32,198 bases of DNA from Fidelibacterota bacterium (GCA_049975265.1 JBNGDF010000001.1:218346-250543), one strand, 5' to 3'; positions 16,640 to 27,048 are shown, numbered from the stretch's first letter. Notes: a model not told the origin generated them from the sequence alone. Translations and numbers: made by a program.

Positions 16640-18916
16640 CTATTTTGTGAAACGCTTGCGTAACACGTCGATCGATGATAACAATACCGGTCCGATAAAC
16701 AGGTCGCCCAGCAGCGCAGTGAAAATAGCGATGCTGGCGAGAATCCCGAAATCCATCAGAATCCGGGTATCCGAAAGAATAAAGATTAGAAATCCCGTCA
16801 TCAGAATAAGTGAGGCAAAGATGAGTGCCTGCCCGACGCCGGTAAGGGCGGCTCGCATGGCGCGGTGGATGTCACCGGTTTTCCGGTATTCATAGTTAAA
16901 ATGAGTGAAAAAGTGAATGGTGTCATCAACGACAATGCCGATGGCGATAGAAGCAATAATTGCTGTCGCCATATTCAGCCGGAAACCAGCCCACCCCATT
17001 AATCCCAGGATAAAGACAACCGGAAAGACATTCGGCAACAGGCTGAGCAATCCCAGCCGCAGTCCGAATATGATCAGCATAAGCAGCAATATGATCATAA
17101 AGGCGGTTCGCAGACTCGTGATTTGGGTGGCGACGATGCGCCGGGTCAGCTGATTTACCAGATAATCAAAGCCGGTTATCCGAACCCGATACTCCGCGAG
17201 ATGATCATCAAAAAAATCATCAATCAGGGCAAACAACCGGTTACTTTCCTGATCATTCATCTGCTTGGTGATGATGGAAATGCGCGCCATGCTGTAGCCA
17301 TTACTAATGTATTTTTCGATTTCCGTGCCGCCGGAGATTTCGTACATGAGCAGACACTGAGCAACGGCGTCCCGGGTTTCCGGAATACGATAATAGATTT
17401 CCTCGTCGCTGTTCAGGGCGCGGTAGATCATTTTCAGGTAATCGGTGACCGAATAGGAAACCGAAACCTGCGGATGGGAAGCGATTTCCTGCTGAAATGC
17501 ATCAATTTCAGTCAGTAAGTCGGGATTTTTAAAACAGTCTGAGGTTCCTTCGATGACGATCTCGGTGCTGGAGATACCAGTCAGATGCCGGTTGAGAAAT
17601 TGGGTGTCCCGATAGAGGCGGGTACCGGGTTTCAGGTATTCGATAATGGAACCCTCGATGCGGATACGGGGAATGCCCACTGCCATCAGGAGGACGATGA
17701 TACTGAAAAATGAGAGAATCCACATAGGATGCCTTTCGTTCAGGTCGGCGATTTTATTGAGCAGTGTGTGAGTGAGCTTGCCCTGCTTTGTGACAGAGTC
17801 TGATTTGGGCGGCGGGAATCGGAGCAGTCCGACGGGAATCAGAATAATGGACAGAAAATAGGAGCTCATGATTCCGATGGCGGCGAAGATACCCAGATCT
17901 GAGATGCCCGGAATAGAGCTGGTGACCAGCGAGCCGAAGCCGATTGCCGTAGTCAGTGAGGTAAAAAAACAGGGGGCTCCGGCTTTGGTGAGACCAGCCA
18001 AGACGGCAGCTTTGCGATCCGGGCGCTGTGCATATTCCTGACGAAATTGACTGATCAGATGGACCGAATTAGCCATGCCGATAATATTAATCAGGGCAAA
18101 AAGGGTCGTGGATACCGGTGTAATCGGCGATTCACAACAGCCTTTCAGCCCGATCACCCAGACCAGCGCCAGGAAAACCGTCAGCAAGGGGCTCAGGGTA
18201 GCGGTAATGTTGCGGAATATCAACGATAAAAAAATCGCCGAGATCACCATTGACAAAGGAAAAAAGAGCCGGATATCGCGCTCCATCATCGCCTCAATGG
18301 CTGCATTGTTAATCAGTTCGCCCCCCAGATGAAACTGCCGTCCGTTTCGCGCCGTTTCGGCAGAGAGCATGTTGCGGAGACTTGTATCCACTTCCTGGTT
18401 AAATTCGCTAAGGCTTTTGGTCTTGTCATCATTTTGTTCCAGGATCAACATGACTGCCACGATGCGGAAATCCTTTGAAATCAGATTGCCGTAGATAAAA
18501 GGGTGCCGGCGGATGCGATCTTTTAGTTCGGAAACAGGGAGATCATCATCAAACAGCGCCCCGATCTCCAGCCCGTAATCGGTTCCGTTGATATTTTCCA
18601 CGGTGGTGAGGCTGAGGGCTTCCTGTATATGAAGTAGCTCTGCCAGTGAATCGGTCAAAAGGGACAGATAGCTCAGCTCGGACCCGGAAAATGGTATGTC
18701 CCACTCGTAAGCCACCACCAGGAACTGACTTTCGTTGAAATTGTTCTGGAAATCACGATATTCCACCAGGACGGAGTCATCTTCGTTAAACCAGGTGGAT
18801 ACATCTTCGCTCATTTCCGTTCCGGGAACATAACGAAGAAAAAAGGCACTAATCAGCCCGACAATCACCAGGAGTGGCAAACGAAAGCGAAGTATGAATT
18901 TAGAAATTATCTGCAC
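16640..18916 (-). CDS. MMPL/RND superfamily membrane transporter
   Basis: Two repeats of TM + soluble loop + about 5 TM; TSLTTAIGFGSL and AIGIVVDDTIHF motifs. Confidence 0.9.
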   Translation of the reverse strand: MQIISKFILRFRLPLLVIVGLISAFFLRYVPGTEMSEDVSTWFNEDDSVLVEYRDFQNNFNESQFLVVAYEWDIPFSGSELSYLSLLTDSLAELLHIQEALSLTTVENINGTDYGLEIGALFDDDLPVSELKDRIRRHPFIYGNLISKDFRIVAVMLILEQNDDKTKSLSEFNQEVDTSLRNMLSAETARNGRQFHLGGELINNAAIEAMMERDIRLFFPLSMVISAIFLSLIFRNITATLSPLLTVFLALVWVIGLKGCCESPITPVSTTLFALINIIGMANSVHLISQFRQEYAQRPDRKAAVLAGLTKAGAPCFFTSLTTAIGFGSLVTSSIPGISDLGIFAAIGIMSSYFLSIILIPVGLLRFPPPKSDSVTKQGKLTHTLLNKIADLNERHPMWILSFFSIIVLLMAVGIPRIRIEGSIIEYLKPGTRLYRDTQFLNRHLTGISSTEIVIEGTSDCFKNPDLLTEIDAFQQEIASHPQVSVSYSVTDYLKMIYRALNSDEEIYYRIPETRDAVAQCLLMYEISGGTEIEKYISNGYSMARISIITKQMNDQESNRLFALIDDFFDDHLAEYRVRITGFDYLVNQLTRRIVATQITSLRTAFMIILLLMLIIFGLRLGLLSLLPNVFPVVFILGLMGWAGFRLNMATAIIASIAIGIVVDDTIHFFTHFNYEYRKTGDIHRAMRAALTGVGQALIFASLILMTGFLIFILSDTRILMDFGILASIAIFTALLGDLFIGPVLLSSIDVLRKRFTK

Positions 18917-18993
18917 AGCTCAACGATTTTTTCGGTAGAGGAGTTACCTGAAAGCAGTATAAATCACAGACCAAAATACTACATTGGATTTCA

Positions 18994-19896
18994 TTATTGC
19001 AGTTTTTCGGTTGGTTCGGTGACAGGGGCGTGTGAGATTGTAATATAGAATGCGAACGGGGAGGATTCGCCGCCCACAATCAGGCAGTTTTCACCGGTAT
19101 GTAAAACAGATTTATAACGGGATATTTTTCTTCCGATCTGCTCATCGTTCACAACGGTTCCGAGATGGCTGCCGGTATCCAATACGTAGTATTCACCGTT
19201 GTAATGGTTAATCAGCAGATGATGTTTCGAGACAATATAGGGCTCTGAATCCTGAATCAACAGTCCGTTATCAGAAAGCAAATTTTCCTGATTTGCAGCA
19301 ACGCTGCGCCCGATTTTAAAGGGAAAATTTCTGATAACAAAATCGGTATTGTTCAACAGCGCCCTGGTTTTTTCAGTGATTCCCGAAATGGTCACTATTC
19401 CGGAAAGGTGCTCCTCGCAGCTGGCTGTTTTTTGAGAGGAATCTTTTGGAGTGCCAGCCAAATCCGAGCGGAAATCCCGGTTCCAGCGTGTGCACAGACT
19501 GTGAGCCATCTGGTAGATTTCCTCTTTGCAGGAGGGCTTGCTGAGGTAAAAGACGTCGTGCTCCAGGATGTCCTGAATTTGAGCGATTGAGTGATCACGA
19601 TAGCCGGTGATGATGACGATGAAGATCCAATCGTCCAGCGCCCGAATCTCCCGGGCGGCTCGCAATCCATCCCACCCCGGGCGCATACGCATGTCAATAA
19701 AGGCAACCGCAAAGGGTTGGTTCTGCGCCAGCTGCTGTTTGACAATTTCATAGCCAGCCTGTCCGTGCCCGGCGGTGGTGACCTCGAAGGATTTTGGGGT
19801 ATCGGCGGACCCCATTTGTGACTCTGTAGTTAGATAATCCCGATACAAATTCAGGAGGTTTGGATCGTCGTCAATTATCAATATGTGTCTGTTCAT
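18994..19896 (-). CDS. Response regulator receiver domain fused to an FHA domain
   Basis: N-terminal ILIIDDD...AFIDMRMRPGWDG...IITG...LSKP; C-terminal FKIGRS...VSKHH...LDTGSHLGTVVN. Confidence 0.8.
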   Translation of the reverse strand: MNRHILIIDDDPNLLNLYRDYLTTESQMGSADTPKSFEVTTAGHGQAGYEIVKQQLAQNQPFAVAFIDMRMRPGWDGLRAAREIRALDDWIFIVIITGYRDHSIAQIQDILEHDVFYLSKPSCKEEIYQMAHSLCTRWNRDFRSDLAGTPKDSSQKTASCEEHLSGIVTISGITEKTRALLNNTDFVIRNFPFKIGRSVAANQENLLSDNGLLIQDSEPYIVSKHHLLINHYNGEYYVLDTGSHLGTVVNDEQIGRKISRYKSVLHTGENCLIVGGESSPFAFYITISHAPVTEPTEKLQ

Positions 19897-19972
19897 TTCA
19901 TACTCTTATTGTTCGTTAATCTAAAGCGATAACGTTTCAAAATGAGTCTCCGATCTCCCCCAATCGAACTGA

Positions 19973-20001
19973 AATATAAAAGTACAGCGAGATTTTAGCA
20001 A
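19973..20001 (-). promoter_or_regulatory. Putative sigma70 promoter for the REC-FHA and MMPL genes
   Basis: Minus strand TTGCTA-17 nt-TATATT in the intergenic region. Confidence 0.5.
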
Positions 20002-20042
20002 TAGAAATGGTTATAATCCGCCTGGTGAAGGAAAAATCTTCC

Positions 20043-21455
20043 TCAGGTTCGGCAGATTTTGGTCACCACTTCAATGTGGGGTGTGTGTGGAAACATATCC
20101 AGCGGTTGAATCTGTTCGATGGCGTAAGATGTCCGTTCCAGCAAGGAGCGGATATCGCGCACCTGAGTAGCGGGATTGCAGGATACATAGACCACTGTTT
20201 TGGGAGCAAGTTGGGCGACGGTATCAATCAGGCGGGGATGCATGCCGCTGCGGGGTGGATCAATGATCAGGATATCCGGAGCCGGCAAGGCGCTCAGCAT
20301 GTCCGGATTTTCCCGGAACAATCTATCCAGATTGGCTTCGATGAATCGGGTATTTGTAATGTGATTAAGGTCAGCATTGAAACGGGCATCGGCAACTGCC
20401 TCTTTGACGATCTCAAAACCGATGACCTCTTTGGCATCCCGAGCCAGATAGAGGGCGATGCCGCCGGTGCCGCTGTAGAGGTCCCAAACCGTGTCGTTTT
20501 TCTCAACCCCTGCCAGTTCCCGGACGGAGCGGTAGAGTTTTACAGCCATGTCGCTATTGGTCTGGAAGAAGGAGGTTGGCGAAATTTTTAAACTCAGCCC
20601 GTCCAGCGTTTCCAGAATATGGTCCCTGCCGTGGAGCAGATGCTGGTTTTCGCCCAGGGTTGTACCCGACCAGCCGCGGGCGATGGTGTTGACCACACCG
20701 CCCAGATGATCGATTTTCGCTGCCAGTTCAGCCACCAGCGGGCGGAATATTTGCGGTTCGTCCCGGTTGGTGACGATATTGATCAGCAGCTCTTCGGTAC
20801 CTCGAGATTTGCGCAGTACGAGATGACGCAGGAAACCGGTGTGCTGTTTTTGGTTGTGTGCCGAGAGATGTTTTGTCAATGCGAATTCCCTGACAGTTGA
20901 AAGCATGGCGGGTGTCTCTTCCGGTGCGATCAGGCAGTCGTTCAGGTCAATCGCTTTCCAGAAATTTCCTGCCGCCCGCAGTCCCAGGGCAAAATTTCGT
21001 GGCTTATGATTTTCGAAACCGTCTATTAACCAGCGCTGATCGGAAAAGGCGAACTCCATTTTGTTGCGATAACGGAATATTTCTTCGGCGGGGATGGGTG
21101 GTGACACGCCTACCTGATCCAGTGAGCCGAGATGGTGATAGAGGTCGGTCACCTGTTTGTGCAGGTAGTGAAGTTGAGCGGGATAGGTGAGGTGTTGATA
21201 CCGGCAGCCGCCACAATAGTCAAAGTAGGGACAGGGAGGCTCGGTATATTCGGGGCTCTGCCGGATAATGTTCAGGATTTTGGCTTCAGCATACCCGGGT
21301 TTGACCCTTGTGATGCGGGCTTTGATCTGCTGACCGGGCAGAGCGTTTTCGATAAAGATGACGAAGTTATCGAGATGTGCCACACCCTTCCCGCCATAGG
21401 CGAGATCGTCCACGGACAGTTCTATTTCCTGATGTTTTTTAACCGGTTTTTGCAT
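20043..21455 (-). CDS. rlmD: 23S rRNA (uracil(1939)-C5)-methyltransferase
   Basis: N-terminal TRAM domain, CPYFDYCGGC Fe-S motif, YRNKMEF, SFFQTN, DLYSGTG, IDPPRSG, YVSCNP and DMFPHT. Confidence 0.95.
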   Translation of the reverse strand: MQKPVKKHQEIELSVDDLAYGGKGVAHLDNFVIFIENALPGQQIKARITRVKPGYAEAKILNIIRQSPEYTEPPCPYFDYCGGCRYQHLTYPAQLHYLHKQVTDLYHHLGSLDQVGVSPPIPAEEIFRYRNKMEFAFSDQRWLIDGFENHKPRNFALGLRAAGNFWKAIDLNDCLIAPEETPAMLSTVREFALTKHLSAHNQKQHTGFLRHLVLRKSRGTEELLINIVTNRDEPQIFRPLVAELAAKIDHLGGVVNTIARGWSGTTLGENQHLLHGRDHILETLDGLSLKISPTSFFQTNSDMAVKLYRSVRELAGVEKNDTVWDLYSGTGGIALYLARDAKEVIGFEIVKEAVADARFNADLNHITNTRFIEANLDRLFRENPDMLSALPAPDILIIDPPRSGMHPRLIDTVAQLAPKTVVYVSCNPATQVRDIRSLLERTSYAIEQIQPLDMFPHTPHIEVVTKICRT

Positions 21456-21494
21456 CGGCAGCTGGTTTTGGGAATGGGATTAAGGAATCAGATT

Positions 21495-23213
21495 TTACTG
21501 ACCGAGATTGGGGTCCACCTCATCAATCTGGGAGGCGTCCATATTCTCTTTGGCATATTTCAGATACAGTTTTTCCTTGACGAAAATTTTGAACAGTTCA
21601 GGGTCGATATGTTTATCCTTAGCCATGAAACTCATAATTTTCATGGCTTCCGAGAGGGTCTTGCCCTTTTTGTAGGGTCGGTCGCGGGCGGTGAGCGCCT
21701 CGAAGATATCAGCCAGCGCCATCATACGCGCCTGGGGCGACAGTTGGTCATCCTTGAGATGATTGGGGTAGCCGGTTCCGTCCAGTTTCTCGTGATGACC
21801 GCCAGCGTATTCAGGCACCCGGCGGAGTTTTTTGGGATAGGGCAGTTTTTCCAGCATTTTGATGGTTACCATCACGTGGTTATTGATAATATTGCGCTCT
21901 TCGTTGGTAAGGGTGCCCCGGGGGATGCACAGATTGGTGATTTCGTCCTGATCCAGCAGATTGCGCAGTTCATTATCTATTTCGATCTTTTGTTCGCCTA
22001 TGGAACGGACCCGTTCCTGTTTCTCGGGCGCCATGAATTCGCCGCCGATATTGGCAATTTCGAGAAAGGCGAGGTCCTCCTCGATTTTCTTTATTTTTGC
22101 CTGGTAATGCTGCGCCAGGGTTTCGGCATTTTCCAGCGATTCACCCCGGGCAATTTGCAGCTGATGTTCCAGCAGTTCGATTTTGGCGTCCCGTTTCAAT
22201 ACCTCAAAACGGGCTCTGACGGTGTTGATCCGGTCGTAGATGGTTTCCAGTTTGGTGGATTTATCGACGACGTATTCGGGGGTGGTGATCTTTCCGATAT
22301 CGTGCATCCAGGAGGCGATGCGCAGCTCTTTCAGTTCGTCCTGATTCAGCTGCAGCGGTGCATAGGTGCCGTAGTCAATCCGGTTGATGTTTTCTGCGAT
22401 CAGCATGGTCAGGTTGGCGACTCTTTCGATGTGACCGCCGGTATAGGGTGATTTTTCATCAATCGCCGCGGCAATGACCTGGATAAAGGATTCCAATAAT
22501 TGTTCCAAATCGTGGATCAGGCGGGTATTGGTAATGGCGACGGCGGCTTGCGACGCCAGCGAGATAATCAGGCTCTGATCGGCCTGGGTGAAGGGAATTG
22601 TTTCACCGGTGACCGCATCAATGGCATTCAGGAGCTGTAAAACGCCGATAATCTCGTCTTCATGGTTGCGCATGGGGACGACGAGCATGGATTTGGATCG
22701 GTAGCCGGTTTTACTATCGAACGCCCGGGTGCCGGTAAAATCGAAGCCTTCAACGTCGTACACGTCGGGTATATTGACGACTTCGCCCGTCAGAGCGACA
22801 TGGGCGGAGACCATGGCGTGATTTGGGGTGCCATCCTGGAGATAGAGCCGGACGGGATACCAGTCGATATTGTTGCCCGAGGTACCTCCCATGCGGATAT
22901 TCAGCGAACCGGTTTGGACGATTTCAAAGCGCATGGAGCGTTCGTCATCGTTCATCATGTAGAGAGTACCGCCATCGGCATTGGTGAAATGCCGGGCTTC
23001 TTCGAGGATCATCTCGAGCAGTTTCGGCAGGTTGCGTTCGGCGGAGAGTGCGGTGCCGATTTTAGACAGGTCCCGGATCTGCCGGCAGAGTCCCGCCATG
23101 TATTGCTGGACTTCGCCGGAGCTTTCTTGAATTTTCTGCCGTAGAGGGGTGTCTTCGATCCGGTGGAGCAGATCGGAGAGCGCTTCCTGTTTTGAATCAA
23201 TTTTGGATTTCAT
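21495..23213 (-). CDS. GAF + HD-GYP phosphohydrolase (putative cyclic dinucleotide phosphodiesterase)
   Basis: GAF domain (ADGGTLY, NIPDVY, GYRSKSMLVVPM, GVLQLLN), then IDEKSPYTGGH, HDIGK, HHEKLDGTGYP and ADIFEALTA.DRPYK. Confidence 0.92.
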   Translation of the reverse strand: MKSKIDSKQEALSDLLHRIEDTPLRQKIQESSGEVQQYMAGLCRQIRDLSKIGTALSAERNLPKLLEMILEEARHFTNADGGTLYMMNDDERSMRFEIVQTGSLNIRMGGTSGNNIDWYPVRLYLQDGTPNHAMVSAHVALTGEVVNIPDVYDVEGFDFTGTRAFDSKTGYRSKSMLVVPMRNHEDEIIGVLQLLNAIDAVTGETIPFTQADQSLIISLASQAAVAITNTRLIHDLEQLLESFIQVIAAAIDEKSPYTGGHIERVANLTMLIAENINRIDYGTYAPLQLNQDELKELRIASWMHDIGKITTPEYVVDKSTKLETIYDRINTVRARFEVLKRDAKIELLEHQLQIARGESLENAETLAQHYQAKIKKIEEDLAFLEIANIGGEFMAPEKQERVRSIGEQKIEIDNELRNLLDQDEITNLCIPRGTLTNEERNIINNHVMVTIKMLEKLPYPKKLRRVPEYAGGHHEKLDGTGYPNHLKDDQLSPQARMMALADIFEALTARDRPYKKGKTLSEAMKIMSFMAKDKHIDPELFKIFVKEKLYLKYAKENMDASQIDEVDPNLGQ

Positions 23214-23272
23214 AGGTTGGTTTATCGGTTTGTAATTTGGGTTTCATTTGACATTTTAAAGGGTAAAAATGA

Positions 23273-26200
23273 TTACGGGTTGATAACAATACGTTTGAAG
23301 GTCCGTTTAATCCAGTCGCCGACATTCAGATCCCTTCTTTCACTTAGTAACCAAAGGATGATAATTGTTACAATTGTTAAGAGTGTCAGGGCACTGACCA
23401 GACTTTTGGGGGTGCCGGATTGTACCAGGTTTTCCGATGTCCGGACGACGATGTATAGTATTCCGCTGTACAGATAGGCAGGGATATTATTGCGCAGGAA
23501 GCAGACGACGGCAATCCATAACCATGCGATGATTGCTGCATAAGACAGGTAGAGAATGAGATATTCCCGGACATTGTCGTAGGACTCCGGTATAAAAACC
23601 GCCAGCAGAACCGCGACGGTTACGATTCGAATGCCCCGTTGATGAATCAGGCGGCGCAGCCAGAAAGTGCATATGCCGATCAGGGCGGTGTACGCGATGC
23701 CGCGGCTGATGATCGATAACACAGTATGGAGTGGTGCCAGGGTGTAATTAACGGATTGAGGAATCTGAAAGTCCGGTCGGACAATCGCCGGGGCGTACTG
23801 AATTGCCAGCCATTGGAACAGATGCCGAACTGCATAGATACCGATGCTGACCAGGATGGCGGAGAGAATAGCGTCCCGGGAAAAATGGTAGCGGCACTCC
23901 CGTTTCAAAGTGCGTTGACAACCGGGATAAATACTGGTGGCAATGGTTGTTATCAGGAAAAGCGCCAAGGCGATTATCAACACCCGTAAGAAGGTGATCA
24001 TGATCCAGAAAAGAACCCAGACATTGGGTCCCCAGCTGGTGTTGTAATTCACCATCGCCACGGGCAGGTTCGCCAGTTCCAGAACGAGCCATCCGGCGCC
24101 GATCAGAATACTCAGGGTAAGCGGCAATCGCCACTCCACCCGGACAGATTTCATGCGGCGGGTGAGGGCGATTATGGAAAAAATTGCCAGCAGGCAGAGG
24201 GCAACAATTCGCAGACCGAGCCGGATAGAATCGGAAAGGGTTTGCTGGGTTTTGGTATGGCGCCACTCTTCCGGGATTTTGTAAGATACCGAAAAGCTGG
24301 AGACATCGGCGCCGGTTACGACGGTTTTCAAGCGCAACGTTCCGTCGGCTACATTGGCCGGATGCGGGTCTTTTGTTTCCCAGATGAACGTATATTCAAT
24401 GCGGTTGGGAAATTGCTGTGAGTGTTCTTCGATCAGTTCATAGTCAGCCAGCCGGTATTGACGCTGGGATAGAAATTCCCCGGCGCTGAAACGGGCGAGG
24501 TCCCTGTTTAGGGAATAAGCCTCCGCCGTTTCGGGTAGCAGGTGCTCAAAGCCGACCACTGTATTTTCGAAAGGATGTACGTAAATATTGTACTCTTCCC
24601 TGTCCAGAGGGCGGTAATAACGAATCCGCCAGACCACCGCATTGTTCAGATGGCGGGCCAGCAGGGAGTTGAGATTCCTGACAGAGCTGTGTTCCAGGAT
24701 ATAGCGGGCGGTCAGTGGGGAGTAGTTTTCCAGCAGTACCGCCGCATGGTGAAAGTTTTCGGCGTCGACACCCTGTTCGTGCAGAAAGTCACCGGCAGTT
24801 GCCTGAATTTCCGCACGGGAATAGGGATATTTATAGTAACCGCCGATCCTATCCAGGGGAATCCAGAGTATGGCGAAGAACGCCAGGATCAGCAGAAGGA
24901 TGGTTTTTATTCGCCGGGGTGACAACTTCCGGTAGGCGGTAATGTAGGAAACGCATTGATCATCCTCTGCCTCTGTGGTTGGGACAGCGGTTTCCTGAGC
25001 AGTGGTTGCTGACGCAGGTGTTAGTAGCTGCACCGGATCGCTGAATTCCCTGCGTTGGAAATACATGACGAGATTATAGATGAAGGGAATCAGGATAATT
25101 CCCAGGGCGAGAGCCGCACTGACGACATGATAGGGTTCGCCGGTCCGGAACAGCAGCATCGACGAGTAAATTGCATCCACCATGTAGTGCCAGATCAGAA
25201 CTGTCAGGATACCGAATTTGAGGAAGATAAAGCCGATCAATATCCCGAAGACGGAGACCTCGAATCCCCGGATCCAGAAAGGCTGATTGGGATAATTGGC
25301 GTGTGCAAAACCCCAAATCACCGCCGGAATCAACACCGCCAGCAGCCGGGATTTAACGATTTTTTCAAGGAAAGGAATGGCGAAAAACCGAAAGGAAAAT
25401 TCCTCAAGAACCGCCGGTAAAAAGCCACCCAGCAGAATCAGAATCCAGGGAAATGCCGTGTTCAGGGTGTCTGAATAGGAGACATCGGCGGGCGCCCAGG
25501 CGCCGAACCGCTTCGCCACCAGGTAAAAAAGGGTCTGAAACGCCATAAAGACGATTGCCAGACTGATGCCGATGATATAACTGAAAAAGGTATGTTTGGT
25601 ACGCAGTCCGGTCGAGCTGAAAATCCGTCCCAGAGGAATGCGCTCCGGATAGCGCCGGCGGTATATGAATTCCCCGGCGCCGCTAAAGATGGTAATCGCC
25701 ACGGCGAGTAACAGCGAATGCAAAAAGGTGCTGACAAAAAAATCGCCGTAAAAAGCGCCCATGCTCTGTGTGACATCCATGTGAAATTTATAGAGCGGCA
25801 GAAGATTCAATTCGGAGAGAAATTTCAGGATAAATGTAATGGCACCGAACGCCAAAGCCGTCTTTAGATGAATCTGGCGGCGGCTCAGATAGGTGATAAA
25901 AAAAGTAACGATCGTGATGATCAGAATAATGAAGAAAATGTCGGCGGTAGTGGCGGTGGTGGAATTCAGCGAGCGCAGGCGCTGGTAGTCTCGCTGCCAG
26001 GCTTCCGGAACATGCAGGTATTCTTGGTATTCACCGATGGCATTGCCCAGAATTGTCAGATCAAACCGATACGTGGCGTCATAGATTTCCACGTCTTTCT
26101 TTTTGTATGTGAAGCGGTAATCCACCCGGTTGGGTCTGACCTCGGTTTTATCTTCAAGAAATTCCCATTCGTCGGGATTGATGGAAAGTATCTCGGTTAA

Positions 26201-26674
26201 AAAGCGGTGACTCAGACGACGAGCCTCGTCAATGGAGATAATATCCGCCGGTGCCTCTTCGGGTATTTTATGGCGAAAACGGGTGATTTCACCGTTTGGT
26301 GACACTCCGACGAAGATTTCTTCCCGATTGAGCGGTTCAAACCAGCGGTTTGTCCAGTGCCAGATGCGGAAGTGATTGGTGAGCAGGTCCTCCGATTGTT
26401 CCAGCCCCACCTCCTTTTCGAGGAAGGTCTTGGCAACGGCATCGAATTCAAACGCGGAGGTGTGGATTTTATCGCCCGGTGACAGATGTAATTGTTCCAG
26501 AAAATTCAGGGCAATCTCCCGGGCTTCTTTGCGGTTGACGGTAAAGTCGATAGTGTGCTCCGGAAATGCCCGCTGGTAATTTGACAGCTCGAAATAGCCG
26601 GCACCGGCGATTGCCAAAATACAGATCAGGATCAGGATTTTATCGTTGCGGGTCAATTTCGTCTTCATGCCCAT
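23273..26674 (-). CDS. Large CPBP/Abi (CAAX-like) intramembrane glutamic protease, internally duplicated
   Basis: EEFSFR, WGFAH and WHYMVD motifs in the first membrane block; two homologous soluble domains. Start may be the second Met (26668). Confidence 0.85.
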   Translation of the reverse strand: MGMKTKLTRNDKILILICILAIAGAGYFELSNYQRAFPEHTIDFTVNRKEAREIALNFLEQLHLSPGDKIHTSAFEFDAVAKTFLEKEVGLEQSEDLLTNHFRIWHWTNRWFEPLNREEIFVGVSPNGEITRFRHKIPEEAPADIISIDEARRLSHRFLTEILSINPDEWEFLEDKTEVRPNRVDYRFTYKKKDVEIYDATYRFDLTILGNAIGEYQEYLHVPEAWQRDYQRLRSLNSTTATTADIFFIILIITIVTFFITYLSRRQIHLKTALAFGAITFILKFLSELNLLPLYKFHMDVTQSMGAFYGDFFVSTFLHSLLLAVAITIFSGAGEFIYRRRYPERIPLGRIFSSTGLRTKHTFFSYIIGISLAIVFMAFQTLFYLVAKRFGAWAPADVSYSDTLNTAFPWILILLGGFLPAVLEEFSFRFFAIPFLEKIVKSRLLAVLIPAVIWGFAHANYPNQPFWIRGFEVSVFGILIGFIFLKFGILTVLIWHYMVDAIYSSMLLFRTGEPYHVVSAALALGIILIPFIYNLVMYFQRREFSDPVQLLTPASATTAQETAVPTTEAEDDQCVSYITAYRKLSPRRIKTILLLILAFFAILWIPLDRIGGYYKYPYSRAEIQATAGDFLHEQGVDAENFHHAAVLLENYSPLTARYILEHSSVRNLNSLLARHLNNAVVWRIRYYRPLDREEYNIYVHPFENTVVGFEHLLPETAEAYSLNRDLARFSAGEFLSQRQYRLADYELIEEHSQQFPNRIEYTFIWETKDPHPANVADGTLRLKTVVTGADVSSFSVSYKIPEEWRHTKTQQTLSDSIRLGLRIVALCLLAIFSIIALTRRMKSVRVEWRLPLTLSILIGAGWLVLELANLPVAMVNYNTSWGPNVWVLFWIMITFLRVLIIALALFLITTIATSIYPGCQRTLKRECRYHFSRDAILSAILVSIGIYAVRHLFQWLAIQYAPAIVRPDFQIPQSVNYTLAPLHTVLSIISRGIAYTALIGICTFWLRRLIHQRGIRIVTVAVLLAVFIPESYDNVREYLILYLSYAAIIAWLWIAVVCFLRNNIPAYLYSGILYIVVRTSENLVQSGTPKSLVSALTLLTIVTIIILWLLSERRDLNVGDWIKRTFKRIVINP

Positions 26675-26678
26675 TAAT

Positions 26679-26708
26679 ATAATAAATTTTAGAAAAATAG
26701 CATGTCAA
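26679..26708 (-). promoter_or_regulatory. Putative sigma70 promoter for the CPBP gene (leaderless or near-leaderless)
   Basis: Minus strand TTGACA-18 nt-TATTAT ending 4 nt before the first ATG. Confidence 0.5.
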
Positions 26709-26713
26709 TAAAA

Positions 26714-26745
26714 CAAAAGACCCCGCCAAAATACGGAGCCTTTTG
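26714..26745 (-). terminator. Intrinsic terminator after the small basic protein gene
   Basis: Minus strand CAAAAGGCTCCG-tattttgg-CGGGGTCTTTTG hairpin (G-U pairs allowed), followed by TTTTATT. Confidence 0.7.
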
Positions 26746-26773
26746 AATATTACTTTTTACTAACGAGAAAGAA

Positions 26774-27001
26774 TTATTTTCTGCCTCTCGCCATTTTGGC
26801 CCGGGATACGTCACCGTCTTTGTCGATGAAGTAGAGATAGCCCTGTTCCCTTTTTACGCCGCAGGCATTCACAACCTGTGCGCCGCCGCCTTTTTCACCG
26901 CCGCGGGCCATTTTTGAACGCGCCACGTTTCCGTTTTTGTCCAGGTAATAAAGGTATCCCTTTTCCTTTTTAACGCCACATTTTGCTACTTTCTCTGCCA
27001 T
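26774..27001 (-). CDS. Small basic tandem-repeat protein of unknown function
   Basis: 75 aa, two near-identical repeats with a 39-aa period; AAGGAGG RBS; own promoter and terminator. Confidence 0.85.
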   Translation of the reverse strand: MAEKVAKCGVKKEKGYLYYLDKNGNVARSKMARGGEKGGGAQVVNACGVKREQGYLYFIDKDGDVSRAKMARGRK

Positions 27002-27048
27002 AACACATTCCTCCTTATTGATTCGTTACGTTTTCTCATGTTGAGCTT

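Noticed and set aside
21132..22451. 439-aa plus-strand ORF, and other long antisense ORFs such as 1380-2087, 4456-5259, 6336-7148, 8943-9728, 27740-28540, 28742-29548 and 30850-31599
   Set aside because: They lie opposite well-supported genes and show no recognisable motifs; typical shadow ORFs caused by codon bias.
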